A stretch of DNA of 64,000 nucleotides from Prorocentrum cordatum. Its lineage: Eukaryota. Below, piece after piece: positions 40,453 to 55,100 of the stretch. The stretch covers positions 1 to 64,000 of the forward strand of contig CAUYUJ010000245.1 of NCBI GenBank assembly GCA_963575745.1, in the 5' to 3' direction. The translations under genes and the position numbers were made by a program. The notes beneath the pieces were generated by a model. It made no database searches, had not been told where the DNA came from, and saw nothing but the letters and a program-made list of their open reading frames with translations. Positions within the stretch are counted from its first letter, which is position 1. Each line of letters starts with the position of its first letter.

Positions 40453-41764
40453 CCCTCCGCGGAAGCACCGCGGGTGCGCCGCGCCCCCGGCGACGAGCGC
40501 CGGCGTCGGGAGGCCATCGAGCCAGCCGCCCGGGGCCCCGCGGACCCAGACCTCCTCGCGGTGCGAAGGAATCGCGACGGGAGGTGTGCCTCGTCTTCGG
40601 CCTCCGGGGGCCCTCTGCCGGGGATCGGGGCCGTCAGAAAGCGACCCGGGATGAAGAATCGGTCTCGGGGAAGGGGTCCAGACCTTTGGGGGTCGACGTC
40701 ATGAACATGCAGCTCGAGCCGTCGTGCGCAGGCTGCCGCTGCCCTCGCACGTCGGTCATGCCATCGCCGGCGCTGTCGTCCAGGCTGATGCTGCCGCCGC
40801 TTCTCGGGCTGATGCCGGCGCCGTTGGACTCGGCATGGCTCGGACGCGTGCATGTTTTCTTGGCGAGGAGCATCTTGGACAAAACAAGCGCCCGAAGCCG
40901 ACAGGTGCACACGGTGTGGACGTCCGAGCAATGTGCCGCCCTCGAGTTCCTTGCCCTCTTGATCTCATCACGTCTCCTCTCCTTTTTATTCACGCGTGCC
41001 TCCCCGAGATTCTTGCCTCCTTTCATGCCGCCCTGGAGCTCCCTGCCGCCCGCGAGCTTCACTCCGATCACGCGCTGCAGACTGGCCTCGGGCGCTGTGC
41101 CGCACTGGAGTTGCGGGCCACTCCCTCGACGCTTCGGGTCGCCCCCGGGCGCAGCGTCGCCCCTGGACTGCTTCCCGCCCTCGAGCGTCGTACCATCCCG
41201 CGCGCCAGGCTTCTCCATCACGTGGGGCGTTCCAGGAAGGGCCTCGCCTTCGCAGAGCGAAGGAGTTGCCGTCTCTTCCTCGGCGGAAGCTCGGCGGCAG
41301 GCGGCGGAGGTATAACGGGGGCGGGCGGCTCCGCTGGCGGAAGCCGGCGGTAGCCGAGGTCGTTTCTCCAAGAGAGGGCAGCATTTGTGGGTTCAGGGTT
41401 ACCGGAACTCGCCACATGGAAAGGTGGTCGTGGCTCAAGAGACGGGGGTCAATGCAAACGGAGGTCAGTCCGAGCGCTGGATCTTGCAGGATCCTGCAGA
41501 GCAAGGGGCGCACTGACCCGGGCATGGGTGCAGGATCCAGGATCCTGCAGGATCTCGCGGGATCCTGCAAAGCCCACCCGGTGGAGGCCCATGCCAAGAA
41601 ACGCTCTACTTGCCTCTAGGGTGCCCAGAGTTTCTTGGTTTCGATGGTTGTGCTATGGAAAGCGTGACGTTCCCACACCAAAAGTCAATGGACGTCGTGG
41701 GGTCTCAGGATTAGTTCTCTTGTGCAAGGTTTCTTGTGGTCGGGCTCCTAGTGTATTGCTCGGC

Positions 41765-42118
41765 GGGGAGCCCAGGGGGAAAGTGAGAAGGGGCGGGCCT
41801 TCTCAGAAGGCTCAGGGCCCGCCCTTGCCCAGGATGTACTCCTTGTGGTTGAAATTGGTTGCTCGGCGGAGAGCCCAGGGGGGAAGTGAAAAGGGGCTGG
41901 CTTTCTCAGAAGGCTCAGGGCTCGCCTTTGCCCACGATGGTCACCTTATGGTTGAAGTTTTAGCTCGGCGGCGAGCCTGGGGGGAAAGTGAGAAGGGGCG
42001 GGCCTTCGCAGAAGGCTCGGAGGTCCCCCAGCCTTCTGAGATGTTTTCCAAGCTTTCCCCAAAGGCCTTCTGAGAAGCCCCGCCGCCTTGTGAGAAGGCC
42101 TTCTTCTCACTTCCCCCC
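41765..42118. repeat. Degenerate repeats (GGGGAAAGTGAGAAGGGGCGGGCCTTCTCAGAAGGC) with an inverted copy
   Basis: Three forward copies (~41776, 41879, 41981) and a reverse copy at ~42063-42118. Related sequence lies at ~62200-62260. Confidence 0.7.
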
Positions 42119-45100
42119 GCCTCGCTCGCCGCCGCCGAATTGCCCGTGCCATCGTGCAGCTCCTCGGCGCACTCGTCCCCGAGGAAGAGGCGCCGAACCG
42201 CGTCGCTCTTCGCAGAGGCCCTCGAGGCCCACCCTGCGCAGCCCGCCGCCCCAAGCGGGCGCCTTCGTCGCGGGCGGCCCGCCGATCGGCGCCGGGCCAC
42301 CACGAGGGCGCGAAGTTCGTCGCGCTGCGCGGCCTGGGCGATCTCAGAGCGAGGCGCGAGTCCTCTACCCTGTTCACTCCTTATCCCTCCTCCTCCTCCT
42401 CCTCCTCCTCCTCCTCCTCCTCATGCTCGCCGATGTCTAGGCGTCGATCGCCCATGCGGGAAGAGGACGGAGGGGGCAATCGACCGATCCGGTCCGGATG
42501 GCTCGTGGCAAACAGTAGTTTCTTTTCAGATTACGCCGACACCTGCTCCGTCTCGGGCAAGAAGGACGCCGCGCAGACTTTTCTCTCGAGGGAGGTTTTG
42601 GGTGAGCGGCAGAAGGCGACGAGAAATGCAGGAGGGCAGGAAGAGCAAGGCGGCAGGGGGGAAGAGGATCAGGATACTGAAGGTGAGAGGAGGAGGTGGA
42701 GGAGGAGGAGGAGGAAGGAGGAGGAGGGGGTGGACGGCGGGGCGGAGGTTGGTGGAGCCGAGTTGTCAGGCGACTGGAGTCGAGAGCGGGGTGGGGAGCG
42801 GGCGAGGTGCAAGGGCGCATACGTCCCCAGTGAGTGCGGTTGACGCGCCCTGCTGCGCGGATGCTTGGCCGCGGGAGCCGAAACATGCGGGCGCAGCGAC
42901 GCTGGTCGGCGCGCGTGGGGCGTGCGCGCAGTGGCGACGTGGCTGCCCTGCTGGCAGCAGCAGGAGCGGCGGCTCGGCAGCCGCCGTCGCGGAAGAGGTG
43001 GCGACGGCACATGCGCGCGGCAGGTGTCAAAGTATGCCTCAGCAGCGGCATCGGTGTGAGCAGGCTCTGCACTCTGTTCACCCTGGTGGGCGTGCCCCGT
43101 CTGCCCTCGCTCGCAGCGGGGGGGTCCCCGGGGATGGCAGCCGGGACGCGACGTCTCTTCTGCCAGTGGACTGGATACCTTTCAGGATAAGGGGGCACGA
43201 TCCGAGGAGGAGGGACGAGGGAGCGAACGAGGAGGAGGAGCCCCCATTTGCCCCGCAGGGGGGCCGAGGCGGCGGCCAGCGCGGCCATCACAGGCCCATC
43301 AGGCCCGCGATAGCGACGCCACCTCGCATCGCGACCGACATCGGCTGCGACAACTACCGCATCTACGGCTACGACATCAAAGGGCCAGAGGTCCCGCAGC
43401 CCCGCTTGGCACAGGCGGTTACGCCGACATCGTGTTGACGCCCGAGTACTACTGCGGATCCACGAAACACGACAGCTACTCCTGGCGCGTCACAGCGCGC
43501 AACAGCCACCGCGACATCCACATCAAGCTCCAACCATGACGACATCATGGAACGCAACTGCGAGCGGATCGGGATCGGCGCAACCACCGTGGAGATCAGC
43601 ATCGAGCCGCCCACCATCCAGAGTTGCAACACCGAGGCCCACTACATCAGCCATCGGTGCAGGACTCGAGCGTTGGAACCACAAGTGGATCGACTGGTGG
43701 GCCGTCAACCACCCGGCAAGCCCTGGAGCCAGAACGACAACGGGAAAGGCAACTATCAGGACGGCAAGGGGGCCCGCCAGCAACAACCAGAAGGGCACGA
43801 GCAATAACAACCTGGGAAAAAGCAGAACCCAACCCGAACAGGACAATCCCAAGAATAAGACAGACGGCCATAACCGCAACAACAACAACTACAACGAGCA
43901 CATCACCAACACGATCAACAACGTCATGTCCATGAGGAAAAATTCGCCGTCAGGAGGCACAACTGGGAGCTACCCCCAAACGACCACAAGCTGAGGGGCG
44001 AATGGGCAAATATCAAACACGCTGAGGAGCTCAGAGCGGCAGCTGCTATCGTCAAGAACAGCGCAGCAGGCTCATGCCACCGACGCCGTCACACAGATCG
44101 CCTCCACCAAAACGATGGCCCTCAACGTCATGCCCGTGGCCCAGCAGGCGAGGGAGATCGTCGACACCAAGAGGGCCATGGATAACTGCGAGCACCCAGA
44201 GATCCACCAGCAACAAATTAACGGTATGCTGATGGCGAAGTAGATCAACCACAAAGGAGCAAACTGCCAAGAAGATCGGCTACACCATCACCAGGCCCAA
44301 GGACGCAGGCAAGGGCAGGGGATGCCACAGACGGGCGGGACGTCGGACCACGCTCAGGATCACAAAGGAGGACAATCAGCGCCGACGCGAAAAGAATCAG
44401 CATCACGAGGCGACAAAGGGGGACAGCTAACACGTCGATTTGTTTTATTGATACGGAAAGCTCAAAGTATACCGCAGAAAGTATGGCAGCACACCACGAG
44501 CACGTGCAGACCATCAGCGCAGAGAAGCTCAACAGGGCGGAGGAGGGGATCGAAGCCATGGGGAGGTCGCCAGCTGATATGGGACATCAGCTGCTGGCAA
44601 CAAGCGACAGTCAACAACAGAGATGACACTAGGAAATGAAGAAGAAGGTTGCCGACAGCAACCACATGCAGGACAACATGAAAAGGGATCTTCGAGACGC
44701 TGAACAGCTTGCAGGGGAAAGGCAGAAGTACTACAACATGACCCTAGAAGCCGAGGGCCACATTGCCAGCATCAAGGCTAAAGCGGCATAAGCCAGGACC
44801 AGGGACCACAGCGATGACAAGATCTTGCACCAGAGGTGGGGCGATGCCGCGGAAAGAAAATTCAAGCGAAGCAGGAGTTACTCGAGCAACACAGGCGCCT
44901 GGGGGGCTACTATGCACATGGCACACGAGGAGTGCCAGCAGAGGCTTGCCAGCATCAGGCAGGACATGCGTAAAAGGGACCTTGAGAACACCACGCAGCA
45001 AGAAGGGCCCTACAAAAGGTCATCACCGACATGCACCTACGACCAGCAAATAGACTACAATGGCCTACAGGCTGAAGGACTGGTCAGCTCGCACTGCAGC

Positions 45101-47078
45101 GAGTTAAGATGGGCGCATCACAACAACGCGAAGCCTTCCAACGCGAATAACAAGCATGCCGCCACAAGGAGACACAGCAGAGACCGATCAAGGAGACGCA
45201 CGAGAAGAGGACGGAGGAAGCTACAGAGGAGTTCCAGCACGCCCGACAGACGGCTCTCTTCGCCCTGCAACGCCTCAATAACGTCGAGGTGGGCGGCGTC
45301 ATCAACCAGGCAGTCAGCGTGCCGGCCGGCGCGGACAACGGGGGTTTCGCGGTTGCAATGACTGCGGCATTCCTAATCGCCCAGCCACTGGAGCGTCCAC
45401 TAGAGGATAGAAAAACACAGGAGACCCAGACACAGTCCGACGAAAACCTGCCAGAAGCTGAAACGCATGCAGCACAAGCACCACAACTATGCAAACACCA
45501 CCAGGGGCATCACCGCGTGTCCACTCCGCCACGGACACAGAGATGCACGACCACGCCACCAGGAGAATCTCAGCAGACCAACGAGATGGAACGGCCAACG
45601 CCACCAGCATAGACACCATGATCCACGTCACCAGGACAACCACATCCGTCCTCCATCCACGCACAAGGAACCATCATCATCGGCTCGCCATCACCCGCGA
45701 GGAGAAGGGAAGACGGCGTCGCCCCGACCAAACAGATGACGCCACGAGCAGCAAGCCCCTGCCATCGTCCCACCGACAAGGTTACAACGGATGAAGAAGC
45801 CAAAGTCGCCAGGGTATCAGCAGACTCACACTGGCGGTCACATAGCCGCGCGAGGCGACAATGACCTCGAACAATGCGCAAACGAGCTAATTCAGGCGGG
45901 CAGACCAACGGACCCTGACCACCGACGGGGATCAGCCACGGCGCAACTCCGACGGAATGCAAAGCCAGCGGCCCCCCGCATTCAGGGTAGCGCAGCGACG
46001 GACGACGCAGCAAATACACGACGGCCAACACCATTACCTCTTCCAACAGCACCACAGTGCACCACCGTACCAGCACAGCCCAGGGAGAGGATTCAAGTGG
46101 GATTTAGCGGCTCAATGTTGATACGGGACGCGGGATACCTCCTTCGACATCGGATGCCCCGTGACCGGTTACCCTTCCCCTGCCCTGCAGATATGGAAGA
46201 AGGCCCCTGCAGCGGCAGAGGCAACGCATCGCATGGCAACATTTAAAGACCGGCCATCCAGGAGGTCAACAACAGTGTCCACCAACGACAGACGTCGACC
46301 GACGAGCAGCCCCGCTCCGCGCGAGAGAGCCAAGAATCGGGAGACCATCATCCGAGGAGGCCAGCGAAACTGGCGGCGAAGGCCCACGTCGCAGTGACCG
46401 AGCCGATCGCCGACGTCCTCAAGCACACCTCCACGCCCCACCTCGCCACCGACCCCCCCCGATTTACATGAGCCGGAGAGTGGGTCAACCCAGCGGCCAT
46501 CATGGCGCTGGGACTTGCCCTGCCCAGAACAGAACCCACGGAGCGATCGAGCGGATCCACCCATGCGCCGACGGCGCTCACCAGACCGACTCCAGCAAGG
46601 GCGCTTGGGCCGTAGTGTTCCGCCGAAGATGCCGGGCACCATGTCAGCCAAAGTCACCATTCTACGACGGGACAAGCATGCATCAACAACGGCAGAACTG
46701 ACGACGCTGATCTGGGCACGCGCACGGAGATACACAGTCACTACCGATCTACTCCAGCTGCCACCCTACGCCGCTGACCCTTGCACCGACCACGCGCGCG
46801 CTCACGCAGGCCGCCCCAGGAACGAGTTGGCCGATTCAACGGCAAAGAGTTCCAGCAAGCGTGACGAGACAAGCCCACAGCCAAAATGGACAGCTCTATT
46901 TGATGAGCAACATCATCGGCAATGGGGGCAGCCACAGCACACCGACGGCGACGCGCGGAGAGCATGCCCAGAAGCAACCGACCCCGGCATGGAAGTGGCA
47001 GCACCAAACGCCGCATCTAAGCCAGAACACTTCAGACCATTGCAGGACCAAACCATCAAGAGAGTAGAGGTGAACCTC

Positions 47079-50000
47079 GCCACGATGACCTTCAACGCCC
47101 GCAGCTTCAACGAGCCGACCCACACCGGCAGGGGCAGATGAGATAGGTCACCAGGATCGAGGTCCTCAGCCACCCACGGAAGACCATGGACAGCCACCTA
47201 GTCGGGCTTCAGGAATCAGAGTTACGAAGGGGCACGACACACGCGCGGCTTCCACGTGAGCCCGAGTGGGCACGACGACTACAATTTGGGCCGCCCGCCC
47301 ATCGCGACCCCGACATCCCGCGCGCGGAATAAAATGGCGCCAAGCATTACTTGTGTTCCAACCGCATCAACATGTTGCACCACGTACTTTGTGGGCCACC
47401 ATCAGCAACATTACCGCCAAATTCGGAGTCGACCTCATCAAGATCGACGCCAACGCCACAACGGGGGAGCACATCACCGACTCGATAGGCGACTACGGAG
47501 AAACAGCCGAGGAGAACGAGGTCGGCACGCGCTTCCACGAGTTTGTCAGAGCGCACCACATGACCGCCGCCAACACTGCCACAGACTGCGCTACGAACTG
47601 CAGAGGACCGACGCCCACTACACCAACACCAAAAGTGGCAAAAATAACATGGATTGCTTCATACCAACAACCAACCTAGACGCAGTAACGGATGCCGCAG
47701 TAATCCCGGCATCGACATGGCCCGGGAGGACACGCCACCCCCTGGTCGTGATGAACCAACAGCATTTCGAAGCCGCACATACCAAGCGCGCACCCCCACG
47801 CCTGGACGCCTGGGACGGCATGATTCATCATAAGAAATTTCACCAGCAGCTCAACAACGTCGCATTGCACCCCGGGGACTACGACACCCACTCCCACGAC
47901 CCGAGAAAAGGGTGTCCGAGAAGCAGCTGACACAGCCTACAAGGCGGACCTGATTCGAATGTGAACGCCGTACATCACCAGCCCCGTTCACGCACTGACC
48001 AGGATAAGGAGGGAACGTCAACGAGCGCGAAGAGAATGGCAAGGCGCGCCATAGTCGACATAGGCACGCATACGCGCAGCCAAGCTTGCATGCCAGCTCA
48101 AGCAAGCAACCACGCCGGCAGCCACAGCGGATTACGCAATGGAAGACCGCACTACGCTGCCCAACCTCATGAAGGCCGGTATACGAGTTGTACGACACCG
48201 CGCTGAGAACGAAGACCTACAGCTATCCGTCGCGGCTGTCTTCCTTCAGCCCAGACAAAGCTGACAGCCCGGACGCGAGCCGATACGGGCGCGCATCTTG
48301 ACAGCCGCGCGGGGAGCGGTCACAGCGCCAACGACCTCAGCAACAGCAAAGCCACATGGGAGGGCGTAAAGCGCCTACTACAACATGGTGGCAGACCATC
48401 ACGGATGATCATGGAGCACATGCACGACGTCGACGCCAACGGGGAACCGTTCACACGCGCGCATGCCCACGTAGAGGCGAAGTTTGATGTATTCGCCATC
48501 AATGACCACGCCAATATTCGGGAACCAGAGGGCACCGCCAAAATTTACAGCGAGAACGCGAAGGGCACTACCCACGCAAGAATAAGTAAGGACATCCCAA
48601 TCGAGAACATGATCACCATGTCCGAGCTGAAAACGAGGCCCCACTGCCAAACTGCACGGGCAAGGGGCACCGACAACATCACGGGCGACATGCGCCGCGC
48701 GGCCAGCGACGAGAAGGCAGCTTTACACCGCGCCTTGTTCGCCACGTGCCCGTTCGCGACGGTGGGGCCACCATCCCGCCCTCGAGGGTGGCAAGCATCA
48801 CTTGCAAAGAGCTGACGGGCAGCAAGCAACCAGGAGACCGACGAACGATCTTACTTAACAACGGGATCGCCAATCACCGTCACACACACACACACACCTC
48901 AGAACAAGGCCGCGACATGCAACGCGCATGCCGACGTACACTGCGGGGCTAGACCGAAGAGAAGCGCCGACTTCGCTACCCGCGAGACCCTCGCGTACAT
49001 CAATATATTGAAGCACGAAGGAAGATGCGGGATCGTCCTTTTCTTGGACCCTAGACGCGCCTTCTACACAGTTGTTATCGACTTTCTCTACGATCCACTG
49101 AGGGAAGATGGCGAATTTCGAGAACTATTGAACGGAATGGATATACCGGCTGCATTACAACCGTTCCTAGAGCAAGCGCTGTAAGGAACACCGCGCATCG
49201 ATGGTAACATCGACGACCAGCACTTCGTCGCGCCTCTCCGAGACGCCCAGATTGACCTCGGGCGACCATAAGAGGACCGACACATCTAGCCCAACCATCC
49301 ACAGGTACAAGACCAGGCGCCCCAAGGCCCGAAATTTGTGTCAACGTCTTGCTCGCGAGGGTTACCGCGGCCATCTCCACCGACGAGATCGACCAGGGCA
49401 TCCTGCGCGACAGCAACTACGATTGCAACGAACGACCCACTGGGGCGCCAGCCAACTGGAGATCACGGCGGCGGGTCGTCGCTCACGGACGCCTCCTTCG
49501 GGCGGCCTCGCAGCGCGCGCCGTCGCAGCCCCCGCAGAGAGCCGCGCGAAGTGCGACCACCTTGCCCCGGATAATGGAACCTAGAGTACGAGGACATGGA
49601 CTGCGATTCAACATGAAAAATCAAAGATCACGCGGCTGCGCGTCGGAGGCGGGCCAAGGACTACGAGGGAACACGCGGCCATGGAGGGGGCGACCGAGCA
49701 CTTACGACTTGCCAGGCCGTCGAGCCCGTTGACTCCCAAACGGCACTTGGGACAGTCACTGCTTCCACGGCGACCCTGGGGCTGGAAATCAAGACGAGGA
49801 CCAACGAGTCCACGATCGGCAGAGGCCCGCTGCGGAAGCAGATTCACAGGATAAAAAAACAGCCCAATGGAGAGGAAAGTCCTTTACAACGACTCCTTGG
49901 TGATACCGGTTTTGAACTGCAGCGACCACTCGCGGAGTAACCTCAATGAGACTGACAGGAGCCGCGCCGTGGAGTATATGAAGGGATTCTGGCAAGCAAC

Positions 50001-50210
50001 AGGTCACCACGCGACTGACATCAGCACCCGGCAAGCATCCGACCCCAGGGCACGGGCGACCGCCAATCGATTGCCTTCGACAGTGGCCAGACGCCCACGC
50101 AGACTACGTTACTTACCGCGACCCTTCCTACATGGACCCACTATACTCGCGAGGCCAGACCATGACCTTCACGAAGAGTCAAGCTGGGCCAGCGAGATCA
50201 AAGATGATTG
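47079..50210 (+). pseudogene. Decayed LINE ORF2 (APE endonuclease + reverse transcriptase)
   Basis: Motif remnants occur in order across frames: TFNARS (~47088), HLVGLQES (47195), IDANA...ENEVG..F...MTAANT, ARGTDNI (~48660), IVLFLDPRRAFYTV (49032), HGLRFNMK (49595), KRHLG (49738). Confidence 0.75.
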
Positions 50211-50883
50211 ACAATGGGCGCGCAGCTACCTGGACGACGCGGAGCACCGAACCCGAACAACCGACATGCACGACGTACTCCAAGCATCAAGAGTTGACCC
50301 GCCGAGATTCAAGGCCGCCGTCAAGACAGCGGTCGCATGATATCTATGGCGACAAGCGAACCATGCACGAATAGCAGCGGCACCGCGCCCCCGAACCATA
50401 CTAGAACACCGACGACTTGCCAGCACTCTCGGCCATGCCACCACCACCACCACCTTGCCCAATAAACACGTGCCATCAGTGCGGAGCGACCTTGTACAGG
50501 AAGAACGCCTACGCCAACTACACAGCTGGGAAAGTGCCGCGCAAGCGGCACACACCCTAGAAGATGGGCAAGGGGAACAAGATGCATGATGTGTAGCTAC
50601 CAGTGCCACACCTACGCGCGACTCGTCAAGCATCTCCAAGCCACGCCACCATGCCCGCGACCATGGCGAAGTTCGGTCGAGCTCGAACCATCCAACGACG
50701 ACGAAGCGGAAGAAGACAGGGGGATCATGCGCATCACCTAACGCATCAGTATCAGAGCAGGCAGACCACTTGACCACGCCGAAGTCCAGATATGCAAGAC
50801 TGACATCATCCCGATCTACATCAAGGACAAGATAACAGCTCACAACAAAATACCACCCGCGACCCACTGGAGGACACGCCCGC

Positions 50884-51760
50884 TTCGCCCTGCGCCTCTA
50901 CAGCGGCCGTCGACGAGAAGGGGGCCTTCAGAAGTCGATGGAACACATCGTACCACCAGCTACGACCAGACCTACACCCTCTCGGTCGATATCGCCAACG
51001 ACGCAAAAGCATGGCTACCTGACCAGATGGGAGACCATCGATCTCTGGATCAACCAAATGAGGGGCTGAGAAAAGGCCGCGATCACGGCCGGCCCACCAT
51101 GCGAGACCTGGAGAGCTGCAAGGACCCGCGACATCCCAGATGCGAGATGCCAGCCACGATTTCTACGGAGCCGAGATCAACCATGGGGACAGCTATTTGA
51201 AGGAGCTATTTGAAGGAAGAGGAGAGCAACCATACCGACATCGGCAACCAGCTTCTGCGCCCGATAACCCACATGTTGTACATCGCCCACGCCACTGGAA
51301 TACCAGCAACCATGGGGCATCCAGAGACAGCGCGCGACAGCGTGCAGATACCAAGCAGATGGTTGCTACCTGAGACCCATCATCTACTGCGCCGACCCAA
51401 CGTGCGAATGGTATCCTTTGACCAGCGCATGCTAGAAAAAATCGCCCTCAAACTGACGAGCCTGCCGGCGGCTGGGGTGCGAGGACGACTTGCACGCGTA
51501 GTTGCCGAGCCCAACCGATGTAGATGCAACCGCGGTGACGTTGCAAATCCACCACTAGTTGGGCGAAATGGGGATTGGACATGGTTTGGCGCGGCCGCGA
51601 AGATACACCACTCGGAGCTCAACAAGGTCCGAGTAGCTTCGCTATCCGAGGCCATCCGACAAAGATGGACGGATTCGCCAACAACCGACGAGTGGACCAT
51701 GGAGGACAGCTTTGCAGACTTCTACACACCATTGGACCCGCATTTCGGTTTCAAACGCAG
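50884..51760 (+). pseudogene. Decayed C5 DNA methyltransferase-like domain downstream of the LINE RT
   Basis: Motif I-like FALRLYSGRRREG (50884), LSVDI, catalytic GPPCETW (51091-51111), GNQLL...GHPE (ENP/EHP-like), SRWLLP...VSFDQ. Confidence 0.7.
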
Positions 51761-52199
51761 CACGGCTTGCATGGACCACCGACACCTCATGCAACCAGGC
51801 AGTCACGCCTCCTACATCAGTGAGTCGAAGATGTCACACCGACCACACCAACATCGAAAGCCGTATCCCCACAGCCGCGATCTCGACTGTCCCGGAGCAA
51901 CTAGACAACTGTCCGGCCCACGCAACTCGGGGCATGCCCTCTGATAGGCACTACCTCAACCGACAACTGAGCTATGTCTACCATGGGTTCTTATACGCCC
52001 ACCTGAGAGGAGGCTATCTCACCAGCCGGCGACACGGAAGCGAAACAAAAACAGGGATAAAAGCATCCAGACTACCACACTGCCACACGCAGATCACCAC
52101 CACCCTTCTCCCAGTCCAAACGACGCAGACATCTTGTTCAAAAAACCGGATATTGTCGCAGAATCCGACACAAGAGCAACACAATTCGTCGGGTAACAG

Positions 52200-55100
52200 C
52201 TTTTTATGGAGCCAGCTGTCGACCTAGCACGTGACCGGCAGCTCGGCAGCGGAATCGAACCATGCATCGCCACCATCGGCCACGGGATCTTCAACCTCAT
52301 TCCGAAGACCATTTTCGCGCACCAGACCACCTTCAACGTTCCAGCTGGACAGACGGACCCACCATCAGGAAGCGGTGAGCGAGCGCAGAAACTCACCCAA
52401 CACGGACACCCCGACAGCGCACCATCAGCGGCGCCCAAGCTCCAACGAGACGACATGACGAGGTTGGTGCAGGGCCAGAACATGTTACCTGGAGCCGAGG
52501 TACTCGACGACATACCACGAGAAGATCCACGCGTGGACCCCGCCTTCGCTGCGCCAGTTGGACGGGCACCCGACCGAGCACAAGATGGTTGACAGTCCGA
52601 GACTTGACCAAAGAGTACACATACGCTTCACTAGAGGTCGGACAGGCGCACGGACGAGATGGATGAAGACCATGTATCCGCACCACCAAACGCTCGCCTA
52701 TCTGGCCGCCACCAATCAGGACCGAGGATAAGGCCGATATCGAGATGCGGGGGTTCTTCAACAGGAACCGTATCACCCCCAACATCAACCACATGGCCAT
52801 ACATTACACGGCTAGATCGGCCAACACACAACAATACAGGAAAGCATTGCAGGCGCGCGCACCGACGAGGACCGCCGCGAATCTACGAAAAGACGAGTAC
52901 TGCCTGCAGCGCCACTGCGAGAATTGGTCACGGGCATGGCTGAGAGGAACCTCATCTACTTGATTCCCCCAGCTGGGCTCGCGAGAAACCGAGATGGAAA
53001 ACTTCAACCAGATCCAGAAGGTATTGTCCACGCAGGTACAGAGGCGGGCAGACTTCCAGGACGCCGAGCGCAAAGCAATTCACTCACGGAGCAGCGGAGA
53101 CACCTGCACCCTGCACGCGACGGATCAGAATGGCAATGCCTTGGACCAGAGCCAGGCCGTACCCCTGCTGCTGCACCTGACCGACACGCTCGCCAATATT
53201 GCAGCACAGGCCACGCACATTCGCAGGGCGAACATGCTCTTCGACAAGAACAACCTCCACATGGCGCCTCAGACTCGGGCAGGCCACCATTCAGAAGAAA
53301 GGGCCCCCGACGGCGACGGGGCCCCAATGCGAGAGGTTATCCACGAGGAACGTCGCTACTTGCAGAACTACAGCGCGGTCAACAGGGCGCACGTCAACCA
53401 TTGCAACGACATCCAGGAAAGGTGCGAAATACACTTCGGCCCACCAGTAAACATTTCATCCCGACGAGCGCGTAGCATGGCACGCGCCGGCCGACGTCAC
53501 CCACGACGAGGGGGTCCAGGGCCACCACGCCCCAACCAACCTGCTACCACAAGCGGAAGCATTCAGGATTGAGAGACCGCCGCGGCCACAGTCAGCCCCT
53601 CAAACAAATCAGCATCAACCTTGACATCTGCATGCGGACAAGGGTCACTGCGATCCACTACTTCATGTCGTTGAGGAAATCTCATTACGATGCCCACGAG
53701 GACAACCGTCGACTGCCACTATCCAGACCATGGATCGCCTACATGCACGAGGGCAACGATTTCGTCTGGAGTCACCAAGCGCATTACTACAACCTGGACA
53801 CCAGGCAAAACGCCGTGGACAGACCCAGGCAGCGGATTCCTACGAGCTGGCGGGAAAAAGAGCTTGACCATCCGACAAAGTGGAACGATTTTTAAGACGC
53901 GAACTACAACGCCATCCAGTACCCGCCGATGGGCATCCCAACCAGGACACAGCCGCCGACGCCTCCCACGCCTCCGAGGCAGCGGTCGGGTCGCCATTAC
54001 CTCAGGCTCCATCTTTTGCAGTTGACATGACATCACCCCTCCCCCCGTTACCACCATCGCGAAGTGCCGCGACGACCCCGACTTCAAGGCCAGCGTGGAC
54101 CGACCATTGCAAGCAGCTGGCTACATGACTGGCAGTGATGTAACCGACATGAAGCGCTCCGACACCAGCGTCGACCGCCTCGCGCGGCTACTACTCCCCA
54201 GCCAATGCGGCAACCCCGGCACCCAGCGTGGGAGATGCACGATCATCGAAGACATCTACGCAGCACAGCCACACACTACAACCGCGGATTCAAGCATCAG
54301 GCCGCAACGCACGACGGCGACGACTACTGCTTGACCTGATGGCCGCCCCGACCCAAGGGGCCCCGCTTCCTCCAGCCACGATGGGGCCACTCACAAGCAG
54401 CAACCTACGAGCCCAGCCTAAGCGCCACGAGGCACAAAGGGATAGCATTGACGGCAGCGCCATCTAATAATCGACCACACCTTCCGCTACGCTACAAAGC
54501 TCCACCGGTTTTGTTGGCGCCAGCGCCGATCGCGCAGCCCATCTGCGCAGGAGCAGCATGAGGTAGTGAAGGTAAGCAACCGAGCACACCTCAGCCATGG
54601 CAGGAGGCATTTGCAAAGCCACCGCCGACCACGCCACGGAAGAACGAGACCAACCACTGGGCAGTCGTGAGCCACGCCACGACGACACCAGGCGGGTCCG
54701 AAACGCGACCATTAAGCTCGCACAGCGACCTCCACCTCCACCACCGCATGGCATGACAACAGGGCCGAGGATCAAAGACCGCATGCACGAAATCATCGAG
54801 CGCGTGACCGCCACGACCAGGCGCGAGTACGTAATGTCCAAGATGCACACCCACGGTGCGATCCTCCACCATTGCGACGAGATGTTTGAACTGCCCGACA
54901 CAGCAGAGGCCGACCATCGCATCGAATATGACCAGGTCATGGCGCACGTGGAAGGGGATCGCAAGTGCGACCGCGTGTCCCGCGAGCTGCAGGACGCACG
55001 CCCTCTCTGCGTGAATCAGCGACAATGGGACCTGGCAAACAACGTCAACCACTGCTTGGCTAACATGCTGACCGACCCGAAGCGCCGCAGCCGCGACGAC

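Noticed and set aside
49879..49900. VLYNDSL as the RT YADD motif
   Set aside because: It lies downstream of the GLxxN and KHLG-like motifs, so it belongs to the post-RT region. The real catalytic motif appears decayed.
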